Positions 36,845 through 47,814 of a stretch of DNA of 64,000 nt are shown here, piece by piece (position 1 is the stretch's first letter; every line of letters starts with the position of its first letter). Under the pieces are notes generated by a model. It had not been told where the DNA came from. It did no database searches and was given only the letters and a program-made list of their open reading frames with translations. Where the stretch lies: the NCBI GenBank assembly GCA_965208675.1, contig OZ242351.1, positions 608,001 to 672,000 on the forward strand, read 5' to 3'. The position numbers and the translations under genes are program-made. The DNA is from Candidatus Poribacteria bacterium. GTDB taxonomy: Bacteria; Poribacteria; WGA-4E; PCPOR2b.

Positions 36845-37792
36845 ATGACTGCTGAGAAGAAAACTGGTTTTGTTTACCATCCCGATTGCTTGAAGCACGA
36901 TACTGGACACGGACACCCTGAACGTCCGGATCGGCTAAAGGTTTGTATTCAGGCCATTCAGGCATCGCATTTTTGGTCAGATTTAGTTCAATTAAAACCG
37001 ATAATTGCCACGATTGATCAGATTTGCGATGCGCATACAAAACCGTATGTAGACAGCGTGAAGCGCCATTGTGCTGAGAGCGTTCCACTCGCTTACGATA
37101 CGCCGCTCTCGACAGATTCTTTTAATGCGGCGTTACTATCCGCAGGGAACGTGCTTGCGGCGGCTGACGCCGTAATGACCGGAAAAGTTAAAAATTCGTT
37201 CGCCCTTGTTCGTCCCCCCGGTCACCACGCCACGTCGGATCGAGGTATGGGATTTTGCTTATTCAATAATGTCGCCGTTGCGGCTAAATTTCTTCAACGA
37301 GAGCACAATGTCGGGAAAGTTGCGATTGTGGATTGGGACGTGCATCACGGCAACGGCACGCAAGACATTTTCTACAGCGATGATTCGGTTTTTTTCTTTT
37401 CCATTCACCAATTTCCGCTCTACCCCGGTTCAGGACTGGCTAGCGAGATTGGCGCGGGCAAAGGAATCGGCGCGACCTTAAATGCGCCGATGCGCGCCGA
37501 GAGTGAGGCGAACAACTATATCGAGGTTTTCGAGAAATTGCTCATACCCGCGTTGAATAATTTTTCGCCGGACTTCATTATAATTTCGGCCGGATTCGAT
37601 GCGCATCGCTCGGACTTGTTGGCATCAATAAACTTGACCGCAGAGGGGTTTGCGGATTTGACTGACATTATAGTAAGAATTGCTGAGCAGTGTTGTGAAG
37701 GGCGGCTGGTGTCGGCATTAGAAGGGGGCTACAGTCTTGAAGGGTTGGCAGAATCGGTCGTCGCCCATATTGAACGGCTGTTTGAGAATTAG
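36845..37792 (+). CDS. Zn-dependent histone deacetylase-family protein
   Basis: HPERPDRL, RPPGHHA, GFCLFNN, DWDVHHGNGTQ, SAGFD, LEGGY. Confidence 0.95.
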   Translation: MTAEKKTGFVYHPDCLKHDTGHGHPERPDRLKVCIQAIQASHFWSDLVQLKPIIATIDQICDAHTKPYVDSVKRHCAESVPLAYDTPLSTDSFNAALLSAGNVLAAADAVMTGKVKNSFALVRPPGHHATSDRGMGFCLFNNVAVAAKFLQREHNVGKVAIVDWDVHHGNGTQDIFYSDDSVFFFSIHQFPLYPGSGLASEIGAGKGIGATLNAPMRAESEANNYIEVFEKLLIPALNNFSPDFIIISAGFDAHRSDLLASINLTAEGFADLTDIIVRIAEQCCEGRLVSALEGGYSLEGLAESVVAHIERLFEN

Positions 37793-37797
37793 AGAAG

Positions 37798-38991
37798 TTA
37801 AAATCTATCGGTTTCCCACAAGAATAACTCCCCGCGCGGGAAAAGTACACCAAGCAGCGCAATTTTACTGTCGTCAAGCGTCAAGCCGTTGGAGAACGCA
37901 ATCTGACGCGGCGTCATATTTCCGAACAACAGATTTAACAGTTGTGTGTGGCTGACAGCGAGATCGATGCTTGGCATTCCGATAAATGCTGAGCGCTTGA
38001 AAATTCCTCCGTCAACACTTAAGCATAAGATATCGGTCTCGCAGCGGATAACAATCGATCCGGCCCATCCCGAATAGTCAGAGTCATTGAGCCTGGTTTC
38101 GAATGTCGGCAGCATCTTCGTAAGCAGCGATTCCAGGTTAATTACCCGAATCATAGTATGATAATGTTCAACACGCTTCACTGCGCAGCTTGTACGTGCA
38201 AGTAACTTGCGGCATTCGTGCGGAACAATGGCTTCAACTGAATTAACACCCTCAACATTCGCTTGATTGAAGAAGCGGTGGAATAGTTCAATAGCTGCAC
38301 TTTCATAATTCGGTAGATAACCCATTTCGCGGATGAACCACCGGTCGCACATGAGATAAGCAACGATGCCGCCGTTCTGCCGCGCCGTCCAGAAGAGCGA
38401 GGGATCGTAATCACGCCATTTCGGCCGGTTATTCCAATATTCGACTGATCTGACAATCGTCCCTGTACGGGACGCATTGAAACGTTCGTAAATTTCCCGC
38501 AGCGCCCCTTCATCTTGGTCCAGGTTACATTGCCGAACGATCACGTCCGACGTGCTTTCAAACCTTTCAGGTAAAGTCATGCGCGTCCTGTACGCCGGGT
38601 GCATCACCCAACCTGCCTTGGCGTAATGTGATTGGATGTCCGTAAAGAGAATAGAGACATCATAGCCTGCCCCGTGCATGTACTGAACGCTATCCCGAAG
38701 CACTTGCGATGAGTGTCCGGCACGGCGGTATTCAGGGCGGGTGCTGACGTTCCCGACGCCTGCCATCTGCACAACGCTGCCGCCAATTCGCATGGGACGC
38801 CGAAATATCTGAACGACGCTAACCACCTTCCCATCTACAAAACAGGCGCGGGTATTGTTTAAATCGAACCATGGATCGAGTTTAACAATGTTCGTGAACA
38901 TGTGATCCGATTCATCGAATACACTAATGCTGCATTGAATTGAATCTTCCAGTTCAATTTGGTTTAGGGGCGCGCGGTATTGAATATTCAT
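37798..38991 (-). CDS. Eis-like GNAT acetyltransferase (tandem GNAT + SCP2-like domain)
   Basis: GVGNVSTRPEYRRAG, YAKAGW, C-terminal sterol-carrier-like region. Confidence 0.85.
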   Translation of the reverse strand: MNIQYRAPLNQIELEDSIQCSISVFDESDHMFTNIVKLDPWFDLNNTRACFVDGKVVSVVQIFRRPMRIGGSVVQMAGVGNVSTRPEYRRAGHSSQVLRDSVQYMHGAGYDVSILFTDIQSHYAKAGWVMHPAYRTRMTLPERFESTSDVIVRQCNLDQDEGALREIYERFNASRTGTIVRSVEYWNNRPKWRDYDPSLFWTARQNGGIVAYLMCDRWFIREMGYLPNYESAAIELFHRFFNQANVEGVNSVEAIVPHECRKLLARTSCAVKRVEHYHTMIRVINLESLLTKMLPTFETRLNDSDYSGWAGSIVIRCETDILCLSVDGGIFKRSAFIGMPSIDLAVSHTQLLNLLFGNMTPRQIAFSNGLTLDDSKIALLGVLFPRGELFLWETDRF

Positions 38992-39692
38992 GTCTTCCTG
39001 CCGACGTGTATGGCAACAATGCCAAGAGTCTTCTGATAGTATCGCACGTCCGCCAGGCCGCAGCCTTCCATTACGGCTTTAAGCTGTTCACAATTCGGAA
39101 ATTGCATAACTGAATCCGGTAGATAACCGTATGCATCGTCTTTGTTTCTTGAAATTAAATTTCCGATAACGGGCAATAGCCTTTTGAAGTAAAAGAAATG
39201 GAGATTGCTAAAAACCGGCGCGGACGGCTGAGTAAACTCAAGAATTACAACACGCCCGCCTTTGACGGCGACTCGTGCCATCTCGCTGATGCCGAGTTCT
39301 AGCTTCGCGACGTTGCGAATACCGAACCCAACTGACACGATATCGAAGGTATCGTCAGCAAACGGAAGTTGGAGCGTATCCGCCTCGACGGCAACCAAAT
39401 TATGGGTGCGTTTCTGTTTTTCTACTTTCTCTTTGCCAATCGCTAGCATTTCGAAGCAGAAGTCAGTGCCGATTACGGGTTTACCGTTACCCATCGCATC
39501 CGCGTAAGCAAGCGCGAGTTCACCGGTGCCTGTGCAAACATCAAGCACGCTATTGCCCGGTGCAACCTCGCTGACTCGGGTGGTAAATTTTCGCCATGAC
39601 CGGTCACGCCCCATACTCAACAGGGTGTTGAGGAAATCGTACCGCCTTGCAATCGCGGAGAAGATTTTATGGATGTAGGTTTCTTTTTCCAT
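38988..39692 (-). CDS. ubiE: UbiE/MenG quinone C-methyltransferase
   Basis: FSAIARRYDFLN, LDVCTGTG, FGIRNV, YLPDS. Confidence 0.93.
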   Translation of the reverse strand: MEKETYIHKIFSAIARRYDFLNTLLSMGRDRSWRKFTTRVSEVAPGNSVLDVCTGTGELALAYADAMGNGKPVIGTDFCFEMLAIGKEKVEKQKRTHNLVAVEADTLQLPFADDTFDIVSVGFGIRNVAKLELGISEMARVAVKGGRVVILEFTQPSAPVFSNLHFFYFKRLLPVIGNLISRNKDDAYGYLPDSVMQFPNCEQLKAVMEGCGLADVRYYQKTLGIVAIHVGRKT

Positions 39693-39720
39693 AATCCAAA
39701 CGGCAATCAGACACGCGTTG

Positions 39721-40512
39721 TCACGCGAAAGGCAACTGGATATTTGCCACAAACCGCCTCGTGAAATCGAGGTTCATTTTGGCAGAAGCGAAGGCATCCT
39801 CACCGGTCGGCGTTTCCAGTACGAACCAACCTTCATAATCGATTTCCACAATTGCTTTGCTGACCGCTTCAAAGTCCACTCGTCCCCCGCCCAGAGGCTG
39901 CGAATCCGTATCCTTCATGTGCAGATAGCCAATATGCTCCGCGGTAAGCATTCGGATTTCCCGCGCGGGGTCGTAGCCCGCGCTTACGGCGTTACCCACA
40001 TCGTAACAGAGGGCGACGGCCTCAATATCAACTGCCTCGAGCAGACGAAGTTGCTCCTCACCGCTCAATGTACATTCGAGAGCGAGTGTGACGCCGTATT
40101 GCGCGGCAACCACGCCTGTACGCTTTAGTCCATCCACCAGGCGCGGCGCCGAGGCGTGTTCTGAACTTAGCGTCGCCTCTTCAAAAAAGGGCAATACAAT
40201 TACGTTAGCCTCCAACCGCGGTGCAACGCGCGCCAAATAGTTTACGAAGTTTATTCCTTCACGACGCAGGTCATCATCAGGGTTCAAGAAGGTGCGTGGA
40301 ATCAACGCCTGAGCCGTAAGTGCGGCGGCACTACATCCTGACGAATCAATCAATTCTTGGACTTTTTCGACCCCTTCCTCGCTGAACAGTAGATGGTCTT
40401 GATAGTTATCTCCAATGCGAAACTCCAGTCCGTCAAAACCGAGTTCCGCCGCTTGGGCAAATGTTTCCTGGAAGGGAAGGGGCAACATCACATCACGAAT
40501 ACCGATTTGCAT
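39721..40512 (-). CDS. Sugar phosphate isomerase/epimerase (xylose isomerase-like TIM barrel)
   Basis: GFDGLE, LALE, YDVGN, HMKD, YEGWFVLE. Confidence 0.9.
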   Translation of the reverse strand: MQIGIRDVMLPLPFQETFAQAAELGFDGLEFRIGDNYQDHLLFSEEGVEKVQELIDSSGCSAAALTAQALIPRTFLNPDDDLRREGINFVNYLARVAPRLEANVIVLPFFEEATLSSEHASAPRLVDGLKRTGVVAAQYGVTLALECTLSGEEQLRLLEAVDIEAVALCYDVGNAVSAGYDPAREIRMLTAEHIGYLHMKDTDSQPLGGGRVDFEAVSKAIVEIDYEGWFVLETPTGEDAFASAKMNLDFTRRFVANIQLPFA

Positions 40513-40690
40513 ACGTCTAATCCTTTTGTGACTGTCCTTGTCGATTCGTACACACCAACAGCCGAGCATCTATCCCAATCGGCAGATTATGATAACAGAG
40601 ACCCAATTCCAGTCTTTACGGGAATCCGGCAGCGTTGAGATAGAATAGCAATGTGTGACGCTGAAGCCTGACGCCGCTATTTCACACCTT

Positions 40691-41092
40691 TTATTCTAAG
40701 ATTTGCATCAGTTCGAACACGAGGCCGTTGGGAGATCTGAAAAAGGCAATGCGGCGCGTCCCCAATCCAACACTGATTTGCCTCGGCTCGAATAGTGTTT
40801 CTGCTCCCAGCCCCGCGGCTTGTTCGCAGGCTTTATCCAGGTCTTCAACTTCGAACACCGCATGGGTCAATCCGGTCATGAGTGGGTAGTTAAGCGATTT
40901 TTCAAACGGCGGCTCCGGCATCAAAGACAGCCGCGTACCGCCGAAATCCAGTAACGCCACCTCGTACACTTCGCCATCGGGCTTTGAACGAGTTTCTCGC
41001 ACTAGAACTTTGCCGCCTAAAGCTTCGAAAAAGCCAACTTCCCGATTTAAGTCTTCAATTTTTACGCCGAGGTTCCAGAGACTTGTCTCCAT
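40691..41092 (-). CDS. VOC/glyoxalase-family protein
   Basis: HAVFEVEDLD, IAFFRSPNGLVFEL. Confidence 0.85.
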   Translation of the reverse strand: METSLWNLGVKIEDLNREVGFFEALGGKVLVRETRSKPDGEVYEVALLDFGGTRLSLMPEPPFEKSLNYPLMTGLTHAVFEVEDLDKACEQAAGLGAETLFEPRQISVGLGTRRIAFFRSPNGLVFELMQILE

Positions 41093-42045
41093 AATCCGCT
41101 GCCTTCGCTTGGATAAGGTTGCCGGCAACACACCTATTGTACCGACGGCCTTTTTTTTGCAATCCGATGGGAGAATACACGCCGCCAATAATCCAAGCCG
41201 TTGGTATTTTGGTTAGCAGAATGGTGAATTCTGATACTGTCGAGAACAACACTTATAGGGGGGTGCAAGATGTTGAGTCGTCCTACTATTGCGGGGCGTG
41301 CGTATCATCATATGAACATGCTCAATGCCTTTTCAATCCGATCAGTGCATTGTAGCAAGAGCGGAATAAAATGTCAACGTCCTAAACAGGTGAAAGAATG
41401 GCGTGGGTCGGCCGCGGGCAGATTTCCGTTTGACCCAATGACTTTGACAGATTAAAAAGGTGTCCCTTTATGCGAGGCTGAGTCCTTGGGGACACTCACG
41501 TCCACCGGCACAATCTTGATTGAAATTTGGCATTCGAAAACACTTGAGAAACCCGTCCAACACTAGCTCCATGGCATGTTCGGTGTATAGTTCAAAGCGT
41601 CAGTTTCGACCCGCGCAAAAGTGCCCTTTTGTGTCTTTTTGTGCCCCATTTCGATGTTTCCTTTTTGGGACACTTCTCACGGTTTGGGTGGCACGTCCGG
41701 CTTGCGGATTTGATTTTACGGTTCAGCACCAGTAGTCAATCCGGCGGTAATGAAATTGAATGTACGTTTTGCGCTCCTTTGGGTAAAAAAAAAGGCGAGG
41801 TTAGACATCCTTCAGCGCCCTCGCCTCGCCAACAAAAATTTAAATATTCAGATTTTATGCAAAACAAATTTCTATTGTATTTTACAAGGTGTTAAATACA
41901 CATGTCAAGGAAAAATTAAGCCTACAAACGAAAATTTATGGAGCGCGAGTGATATCTACTACGCTAATACCCGAGGACTATCGCGCGCCCTTTATTACCC
42001 TATAATGAACGACCTCGCAACGACTAAACATGAACTAGCCGTGGG

Positions 42046-42717
42046 TTAGAATTTCCCTGACGGGGATGTGCCGACTCCCACTTTTACCCCCGTTCCCTCC
42101 ATCTGTTCCACGACGTGGCGGATGCAGTCGTCAACCGTTTTGAACGGGGGATCAGCGTAGGATTCTAAGCTAAAACTCAAGTCATTTGCGCCGAACACAA
42201 GCATATCCACCCCAGGTTTTGCCAGTTTTCGTGCATTGATAACGGCATTAACAGATTCGATCTGTAGACAGAGAATACCATTATTGTTCCACCAATCGGC
42301 GTAATCGAGACGGTCAGGGTACGCTTTTACGCCGTAACCGGAGCTCGGACCCCAACTCCTTTTTCCAATCTGTGGATAGTAGAACGCATCAATCGCCTCG
42401 TCCACCGTCGATTCGTTCTCCACTTGCGGCACCACAATGGCTAGCGGCCCCAGATCGACGTAATTGCCAATTAGAAACGCGTGCCGTGTGTGTTTGATAC
42501 GGAACATAGCGGGCACACCCAGGTCCTCCGCCATGCCGCAAAACCGAACAAGTTCTTTTTCATCGAACGCCGAGTGTTGGCTGTCGATTCCGACCAAATC
42601 GTAGGTGTCTTTACTGAGGATTTCCTCGAGTTGTTCTTTAGAGGAATCCATGGGTGCACCTCCAACGTTAACTGGTTCCCCGTTGTGTATGCGTTGTTTC
42701 AAAGATAGCTCCGACAT
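42046..42717 (-). CDS. HpcH/HpaI aldolase family protein
   Basis: IDSQH, VPQVE, YYPQIGKRS, LQIES, GANDL. Confidence 0.88.
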   Translation of the reverse strand: MSELSLKQRIHNGEPVNVGGAPMDSSKEQLEEILSKDTYDLVGIDSQHSAFDEKELVRFCGMAEDLGVPAMFRIKHTRHAFLIGNYVDLGPLAIVVPQVENESTVDEAIDAFYYPQIGKRSWGPSSGYGVKAYPDRLDYADWWNNNGILCLQIESVNAVINARKLAKPGVDMLVFGANDLSFSLESYADPPFKTVDDCIRHVVEQMEGTGVKVGVGTSPSGKF

Positions 42718-43097
42718 ATCTAAAATTCTCCTTTATTTTGACTTAAACGTTGTAACATGCGGAAGAAATTGTATCTATCAATAAATTGATTGCCACCAGC
42801 CATTTTACGCCTTTTTCGTTTTCTGATCAACATAAATTTGTAAATGCGCGTTTACTTGCGTTTTACGCATAAAATTTTCGGTACAACTTGTTCATCGTTT
42901 GTCGACTGAATCCGAGACGGACAGTGATTGCCCCCTTACAATCGGCTTGCCCAACAATGAGTCGTGTGTTATCATTGTGGCTGAAAACCGTACTTTTTGG
43001 GATCCGAATTGTTTAATACGAGACGTTGAGAAACGGACAGGTGAAACTTCTCAATCGCTATTTTACCTAAAATAAACTGCAGAAAGGAATTCACGAA

Positions 43098-43508
43098 ATG
43101 GCTACGTTTTTGCACACACGTATTCGAGTCAGCAATCTAGACCGATCCATCAATTGGTATTGCGACAATCTCGGTTTCGTTGTGAAACGCCGAAGCGATA
43201 GATCGCCGGCGGGCAACCAAATCGTCCATTTGGAGTTACCCGGTAATGTTCCCACCCTAGAATTGACCTATTCCCCCGATTATGAACTCAACGTTCCGGA
43301 AGATTTGATGCACCTCGCCATCGGCGTACCGGATCTGGTAGCCTGCTGCGACGAACTGGAAAATTCTGGCCTTGAAATCTGGCCCGACGGTTGGCGTGAG
43401 CAATTCACATCAGGCGGCATGAAAATGGCTTTTATTACCGATCCAGATGGTTATGAGGTGGAATTGCTTGAGGATATGGAGAAAATTATGAATGAGTTGA
43501 GCGAGTGA
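43098..43508 (+). CDS. Lactoylglutathione lyase-like VOC protein
   Basis: FLHTRIRVSNLDRS, LELT, HLAIGV, DPDGYEVEL. Confidence 0.9.
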   Translation: MATFLHTRIRVSNLDRSINWYCDNLGFVVKRRSDRSPAGNQIVHLELPGNVPTLELTYSPDYELNVPEDLMHLAIGVPDLVACCDELENSGLEIWPDGWREQFTSGGMKMAFITDPDGYEVELLEDMEKIMNELSE

Positions 43509-43548
43509 GATGAATCGCCGCCCAATCTCATATGGGGTAGACCTACGG

Positions 43549-44190
43549 ATGAAGTTGCTCTCGGTAAATGTATCGAAACCCAAGCCTGTCTCATATAACG
43601 GTAAAACGATACACACAGGGATCTTTAAGGCTCCGGTGAAGGGTCGCGTTGCGCTTAAAAGATTGAATTTGGACGGAGACGGACAGGGTGATTTAACGGT
43701 ACACGGCGGCGTCGATAAGGCAGTCTACGCCTACCCAAATGAGCATTACGAGCACTGGCGGCGAGAACTCAGGCGTGACAATCTGACTTACGGACAGTTC
43801 GGCGAGAACTTTACTGTGGAAGGTATGTTGGAGGATGGCGTTCATATTGGAGATGTTTTCCGCATAGGGTCGGCATTGGTGGAAGTGTCGCAGCCGCGCG
43901 TGCCGTGTTTTAAACTTGGGCTAAAGATGGGCAACCCGACATTTCCGAAACTGTTCTTGGCGAGCGAACGGTCTGGTTTTTACTTGCGCGTATTGGAACC
44001 GGGGGAGGTCGGCGCTGGCGATGCGATCGAACGGGTTAAGGTTGGGCAAAAATGCCTAACGGTAAAGGCGGTACACCACCTGCTGTATTTCGACAGCAGT
44101 AATTTGGAAAGAATTCACGAGGTTTTAGGCATCCCCGCGTTGGCGGCGAGTTGGCGCGAATCATTCGAGAAGGTGTTAGCTAATGCCTGA
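43549..44190 (+). CDS. MOSC domain protein (YiiM-like, with 3-alpha domain)
   Basis: TGIFK, HGGVDKAV, FGENF, SQPRVPC, SGFYLRV. Confidence 0.92.
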   Translation: MKLLSVNVSKPKPVSYNGKTIHTGIFKAPVKGRVALKRLNLDGDGQGDLTVHGGVDKAVYAYPNEHYEHWRRELRRDNLTYGQFGENFTVEGMLEDGVHIGDVFRIGSALVEVSQPRVPCFKLGLKMGNPTFPKLFLASERSGFYLRVLEPGEVGAGDAIERVKVGQKCLTVKAVHHLLYFDSSNLERIHEVLGIPALAASWRESFEKVLANA

Positions 44191-44207
44191 AATCACAAGA
44201 AAGTGAA

Positions 44208-44257
44208 AAGCGCCGAATGGCTAGTGGAAAGCACGAAATTCACTAACCACTCGCCGC
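44208..44257. terminator. Imperfect hairpin between convergent genes (possible bidirectional terminator)
   Basis: agcgccgaatggctagtgga ... ttcactaaccactcgccgct. Confidence 0.35.
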
Positions 44258-44319
44258 TAATGTACAAATCACTGTTCATGGATGACTTCCTGATGCCGAC
44301 GATGGAAATCGCCCCAACG

Positions 44320-45816
44320 CTACTCAACCATGCCAATCTTGGCGGCTTGCGGCGCGCGCGTCGGTAGATTCTGCTTCGCCAGTTGATTTTCCGGAATATA
44401 TCCGGTGTAATCAGGTATTCGACCGTGCGTCAATGAGTAAACAGCGACATTGGTCATAAACCGATATACGCCTGGGGAATAGTGCACGGACCGCGTCGGT
44501 AGGCTTACTGCCTCCATGGCGCACATGTAATCTCGCCGCACGACTAACACCGAAAGTTTTTCACCAATTGAGATTCCTTCTAGGAAATTCCGCCGGGGCG
44601 GCGGTTGAGTGCCAAACCAAAAGATATCAAATCCCACCGGTGGTCCGCCCATTTCATAGAAGTTATTATAGAGCTCGTGGTCGTTAGGAATACGCCCAAC
44701 CTGAAATTCAGGCATGACATAGCGCATCTGAGCGAGGAAAACGCGAGTAAATCCACGGTCGGCGGCGTTTACGCCGCAATCGTCAAAGACGAGGAGGCCG
44801 CCTCTGTCAACAAGATATCGACGCAGTCCAGCCGCTTCCGGTTCCGTAAGTCTTTTGTTCAGCGTCATATTAGCAGCCGCATTAGTACTGCGAAGACCGC
44901 GCGCCATGTTGTGCGACCGCACAAAAACAGGATCGTGCCCAGTCATAAATGCCATTGGAGTCTTTTGCAGGTTGGCGTCCGTTAATTTCACCGCACCGCC
45001 TTCAACGTTCATGTCCGTCTTAATGTTCGTCCGTTCATTTATCCATTTCGTCAGCGCATTCAGCGATGATGCGTCTGCCCACCAATCAGACAGGTTATGC
45101 CGGATACGGGCGAAGCGGAACACACCTTGAATGTCGCGTCCTTTACCGATGACCCGACCCCCAGGTTCACCCCTCGGCAACGGTGGAACATCTGCATTTC
45201 CAAGTGTAATGCTTTCAACCACATCGCCTAGTGCATCACGCGCAGCACCAACCTGCTCCACCATGATTAGCCCTAGAAGATGTTCAAATGCGACCTTCAC
45301 CTGCACTATCCCGCCGGCAATCCCGCGTTCAATATTCGACGGGCCGGTATTTGGTGCAGTGGCGACAGGTCCGGAAAACGCCAATGCGCCCGGCACATCC
45401 GATTCCGGCAAATCCGCATGAGTCGTCACTTGCGGCAGGGTTGCATTGAGGCTAATCACTTTGGGTACATTAGGAGTCATGGATTGGTCTAGTTTGACGA
45501 CTTTATTCGAGAATTCGAGCACGGTTTGGGGCTCGAAAGTAGACGTACGAACGACTGCAGCAGTTGTGACTCTGGGTTGAACCTGAACTTGTTCAACGAC
45601 CAAAGTGTTATCCGTGAGAGTAGCAGGTTTCATCGGTTTAATTACCTGCTTACGTACTTTAGGTTTTGGCGGCTCTGGCGATACAAGTACGTGGGCACCG
45701 ACTAAGTCTTTGAATTGCGGGGTTTGTGTGACGAGATAAACACCTAGAATCAGCACAGCGACTCCGTGGAGGATTATCGACGTCATCAAAGCCCTTGAGG
45801 TTTTCTTGGCAGACAT
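44320..45816 (-). CDS. Membrane-anchored DUF4159-domain protein
   Basis: N-terminal TM (SIILHG), Pro/Thr-rich linker, C-terminal FMTGH...LRRYL..GG....DDC...IP.DHELY. Confidence 0.8.
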   Translation of the reverse strand: MSAKKTSRALMTSIILHGVAVLILGVYLVTQTPQFKDLVGAHVLVSPEPPKPKVRKQVIKPMKPATLTDNTLVVEQVQVQPRVTTAAVVRTSTFEPQTVLEFSNKVVKLDQSMTPNVPKVISLNATLPQVTTHADLPESDVPGALAFSGPVATAPNTGPSNIERGIAGGIVQVKVAFEHLLGLIMVEQVGAARDALGDVVESITLGNADVPPLPRGEPGGRVIGKGRDIQGVFRFARIRHNLSDWWADASSLNALTKWINERTNIKTDMNVEGGAVKLTDANLQKTPMAFMTGHDPVFVRSHNMARGLRSTNAAANMTLNKRLTEPEAAGLRRYLVDRGGLLVFDDCGVNAADRGFTRVFLAQMRYVMPEFQVGRIPNDHELYNNFYEMGGPPVGFDIFWFGTQPPPRRNFLEGISIGEKLSVLVVRRDYMCAMEAVSLPTRSVHYSPGVYRFMTNVAVYSLTHGRIPDYTGYIPENQLAKQNLPTRAPQAAKIGMVE

Positions 45817-46347
45817 TTTTTTCCCTCCATATCAACATGCGGTGTTAAGGTAGTTAAAACTCTTGATTGCCCCGCCGCCTAATCTATGGTATTGCGCGAG
45901 GTCATTTATCGTAATAAGCAATTTATATGCCACAATTACATTTCAGTGTGCAAAATACCAATTACCTATGTGCAAGCAGAAAGCATAATGGATTATCGGC
46001 ATTTGTCCAGCCCGCTCCATGACTGGGTTGCGGCGGTCGATATGACTTTTTTGCCGTGCACTGCATACGAATATAAAAACTTCCGACTTATGGCGCTAGC
46101 TATTTTTAAACACCGGCGAAGATTGTACATTTCTGCGCTAAACGGTTAATCCTCTTTGTCAGGTTGCACCAGATGGTGCACCCTCGCCTGCATGAAGAAA
46201 TTAAAACTTCACGTGATTGGGGCCTACCTAATCTCAAGCCAATCAGATAAGTGAACTGGTATAACACCGATTGAAGTATCCATCAAGAAACTCCAAAATT
46301 GCCTACATTTCCATCCCTGTGTTCAATAGCTGCAGACACAAAAACGC

Positions 46348-46376
46348 TTGACACGAACTCTATCCCGTGATAAATT
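46348..46376 (+). promoter_or_regulatory. Candidate sigma70 promoter
   Basis: TTGACA, 17 bp spacer, TGnTAAATT. Confidence 0.4.
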
Positions 46377-46691
46377 TGCTCGTTTGTTTTACCTTACCTT
46401 TACCGCCAATTGAATACCGCCAATCGAAATGTGTTTCCCACAAGACCGTACTTATACCATTTCTATAATTGGAAGTGCATTAATGGCGTCAATCATGTCT
46501 TTCCAAAGCGGGGCAAGATGCCCCGCCTACGGGGTTCGGTGGAAAGGGCAACAGTTAGTATGGGTCGCGTCATAGTAGTATAATAGAAAACACGATATGC
46601 ACTATTATTCAAGCGAAATGGTATTAGAACCCAAATGGGTTTATGATGAAATCTATTTCCTATTGATGAAACTTGACAGGAGGTTTATTCA

Positions 46692-47660
46692 GTGAAAGTG
46701 CTAATTCTCCCGTCCCCGCCACAATTGCATTATTGGTGCGACGGCGTTGTTACAGCGTTAGACGACAGGTATCCGATTAGGCATTTTGATCCGACGCAGG
46801 CGGTATTAGACCAATTTAGAGACATTGACGTCGTCGTGGAGTGTGCCGGCTGTACGCGGGAGATGGTTGATGCGGCAGTAGATGCCGGCGTAAAATTGTG
46901 GCAGGTCATGGCGGTTGGCTTAAATGCCTGGGACGTGAATTACTTCTTGGAAAAGGGTATGCTCTTTGCCAACACGCCCGGTCCTTTTAGCGCGGTCGCT
47001 CTGGCGGAACATGCTTTATCATTGATGTTCTTGATCGCCAAAAACTACACGGCAGCTCAAGAAAATGTACGATCGGAAAATTTTAGTCTGCCGGTCAATG
47101 ACGAGTTAGCGGGAAAAACGTTAGGCTTGGTTGGGTTGGGTGCAAGCGGGCGTGAACTCGCAAAGCGCGCCCATGCGCTGGGCATGCGGTTGGCGGCTAT
47201 TGATATCGTTGATGTTTCTCAGGAAATTCGGGACGAACTGCACTTGGAGTTCTTTGGCGATCCGAGCCGGTTGGACCACCTGTTGAGCGAGGCAGATTAC
47301 TTATCAATCCACACGCCGCTTACCTCAAAGACCCGACATCTGATTGACCGGCGAGCATTAGAAATAATGAAACCGACCGCCGCGTTGATTAACATTGCAC
47401 GCGGTGGAATCGTGGACGAGCCGGCTCTAATTGAGGCGTTAGAAACAGGGCAGATTCGGGCTGCCGGCCTGGACGTTTTTGCACATGAACCGTTGCCATC
47501 TAGCCACCCTTTCCAACAGATGAAAAACGTGTTTTGCACGCCCCACATCGCTGGAGTAACTAAGGAGACTGTTCAACGCCGCGCGGAATTAGTGGTTGAG
47601 AACATCGATCGGGTGGCTAAGGGCATGATACCTCTGCATCTCGTTACATCTGCCGAATAG
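46692..47660 (+). CDS. D-isomer-specific 2-hydroxyacid dehydrogenase
   Basis: GLGASG, INIARG, GLDVF..EP, TPHIAG. Confidence 0.93.
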   Translation: MKVLILPSPPQLHYWCDGVVTALDDRYPIRHFDPTQAVLDQFRDIDVVVECAGCTREMVDAAVDAGVKLWQVMAVGLNAWDVNYFLEKGMLFANTPGPFSAVALAEHALSLMFLIAKNYTAAQENVRSENFSLPVNDELAGKTLGLVGLGASGRELAKRAHALGMRLAAIDIVDVSQEIRDELHLEFFGDPSRLDHLLSEADYLSIHTPLTSKTRHLIDRRALEIMKPTAALINIARGGIVDEPALIEALETGQIRAAGLDVFAHEPLPSSHPFQQMKNVFCTPHIAGVTKETVQRRAELVVENIDRVAKGMIPLHLVTSAE

Positions 47661-47814
47661 TCAGGGACGAACCGCAAAGAATTTTTCTCGCTTTTGCCGC
47701 TGAACCGCCCGTTTCAGCGGATAGACTTCAACCCTGTATCGGCATGAATACACCTTTCTCGCAACATCATCCCGCATATTGCGTGAATGACGTACCGTTT
47801 TGGAGGAAAATCCA

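Noticed and set aside
41119-42049. Short ORFs as real genes or an IS transposase
   Set aside because: No RBS or transposase motifs and no terminal inverted repeats could be established.
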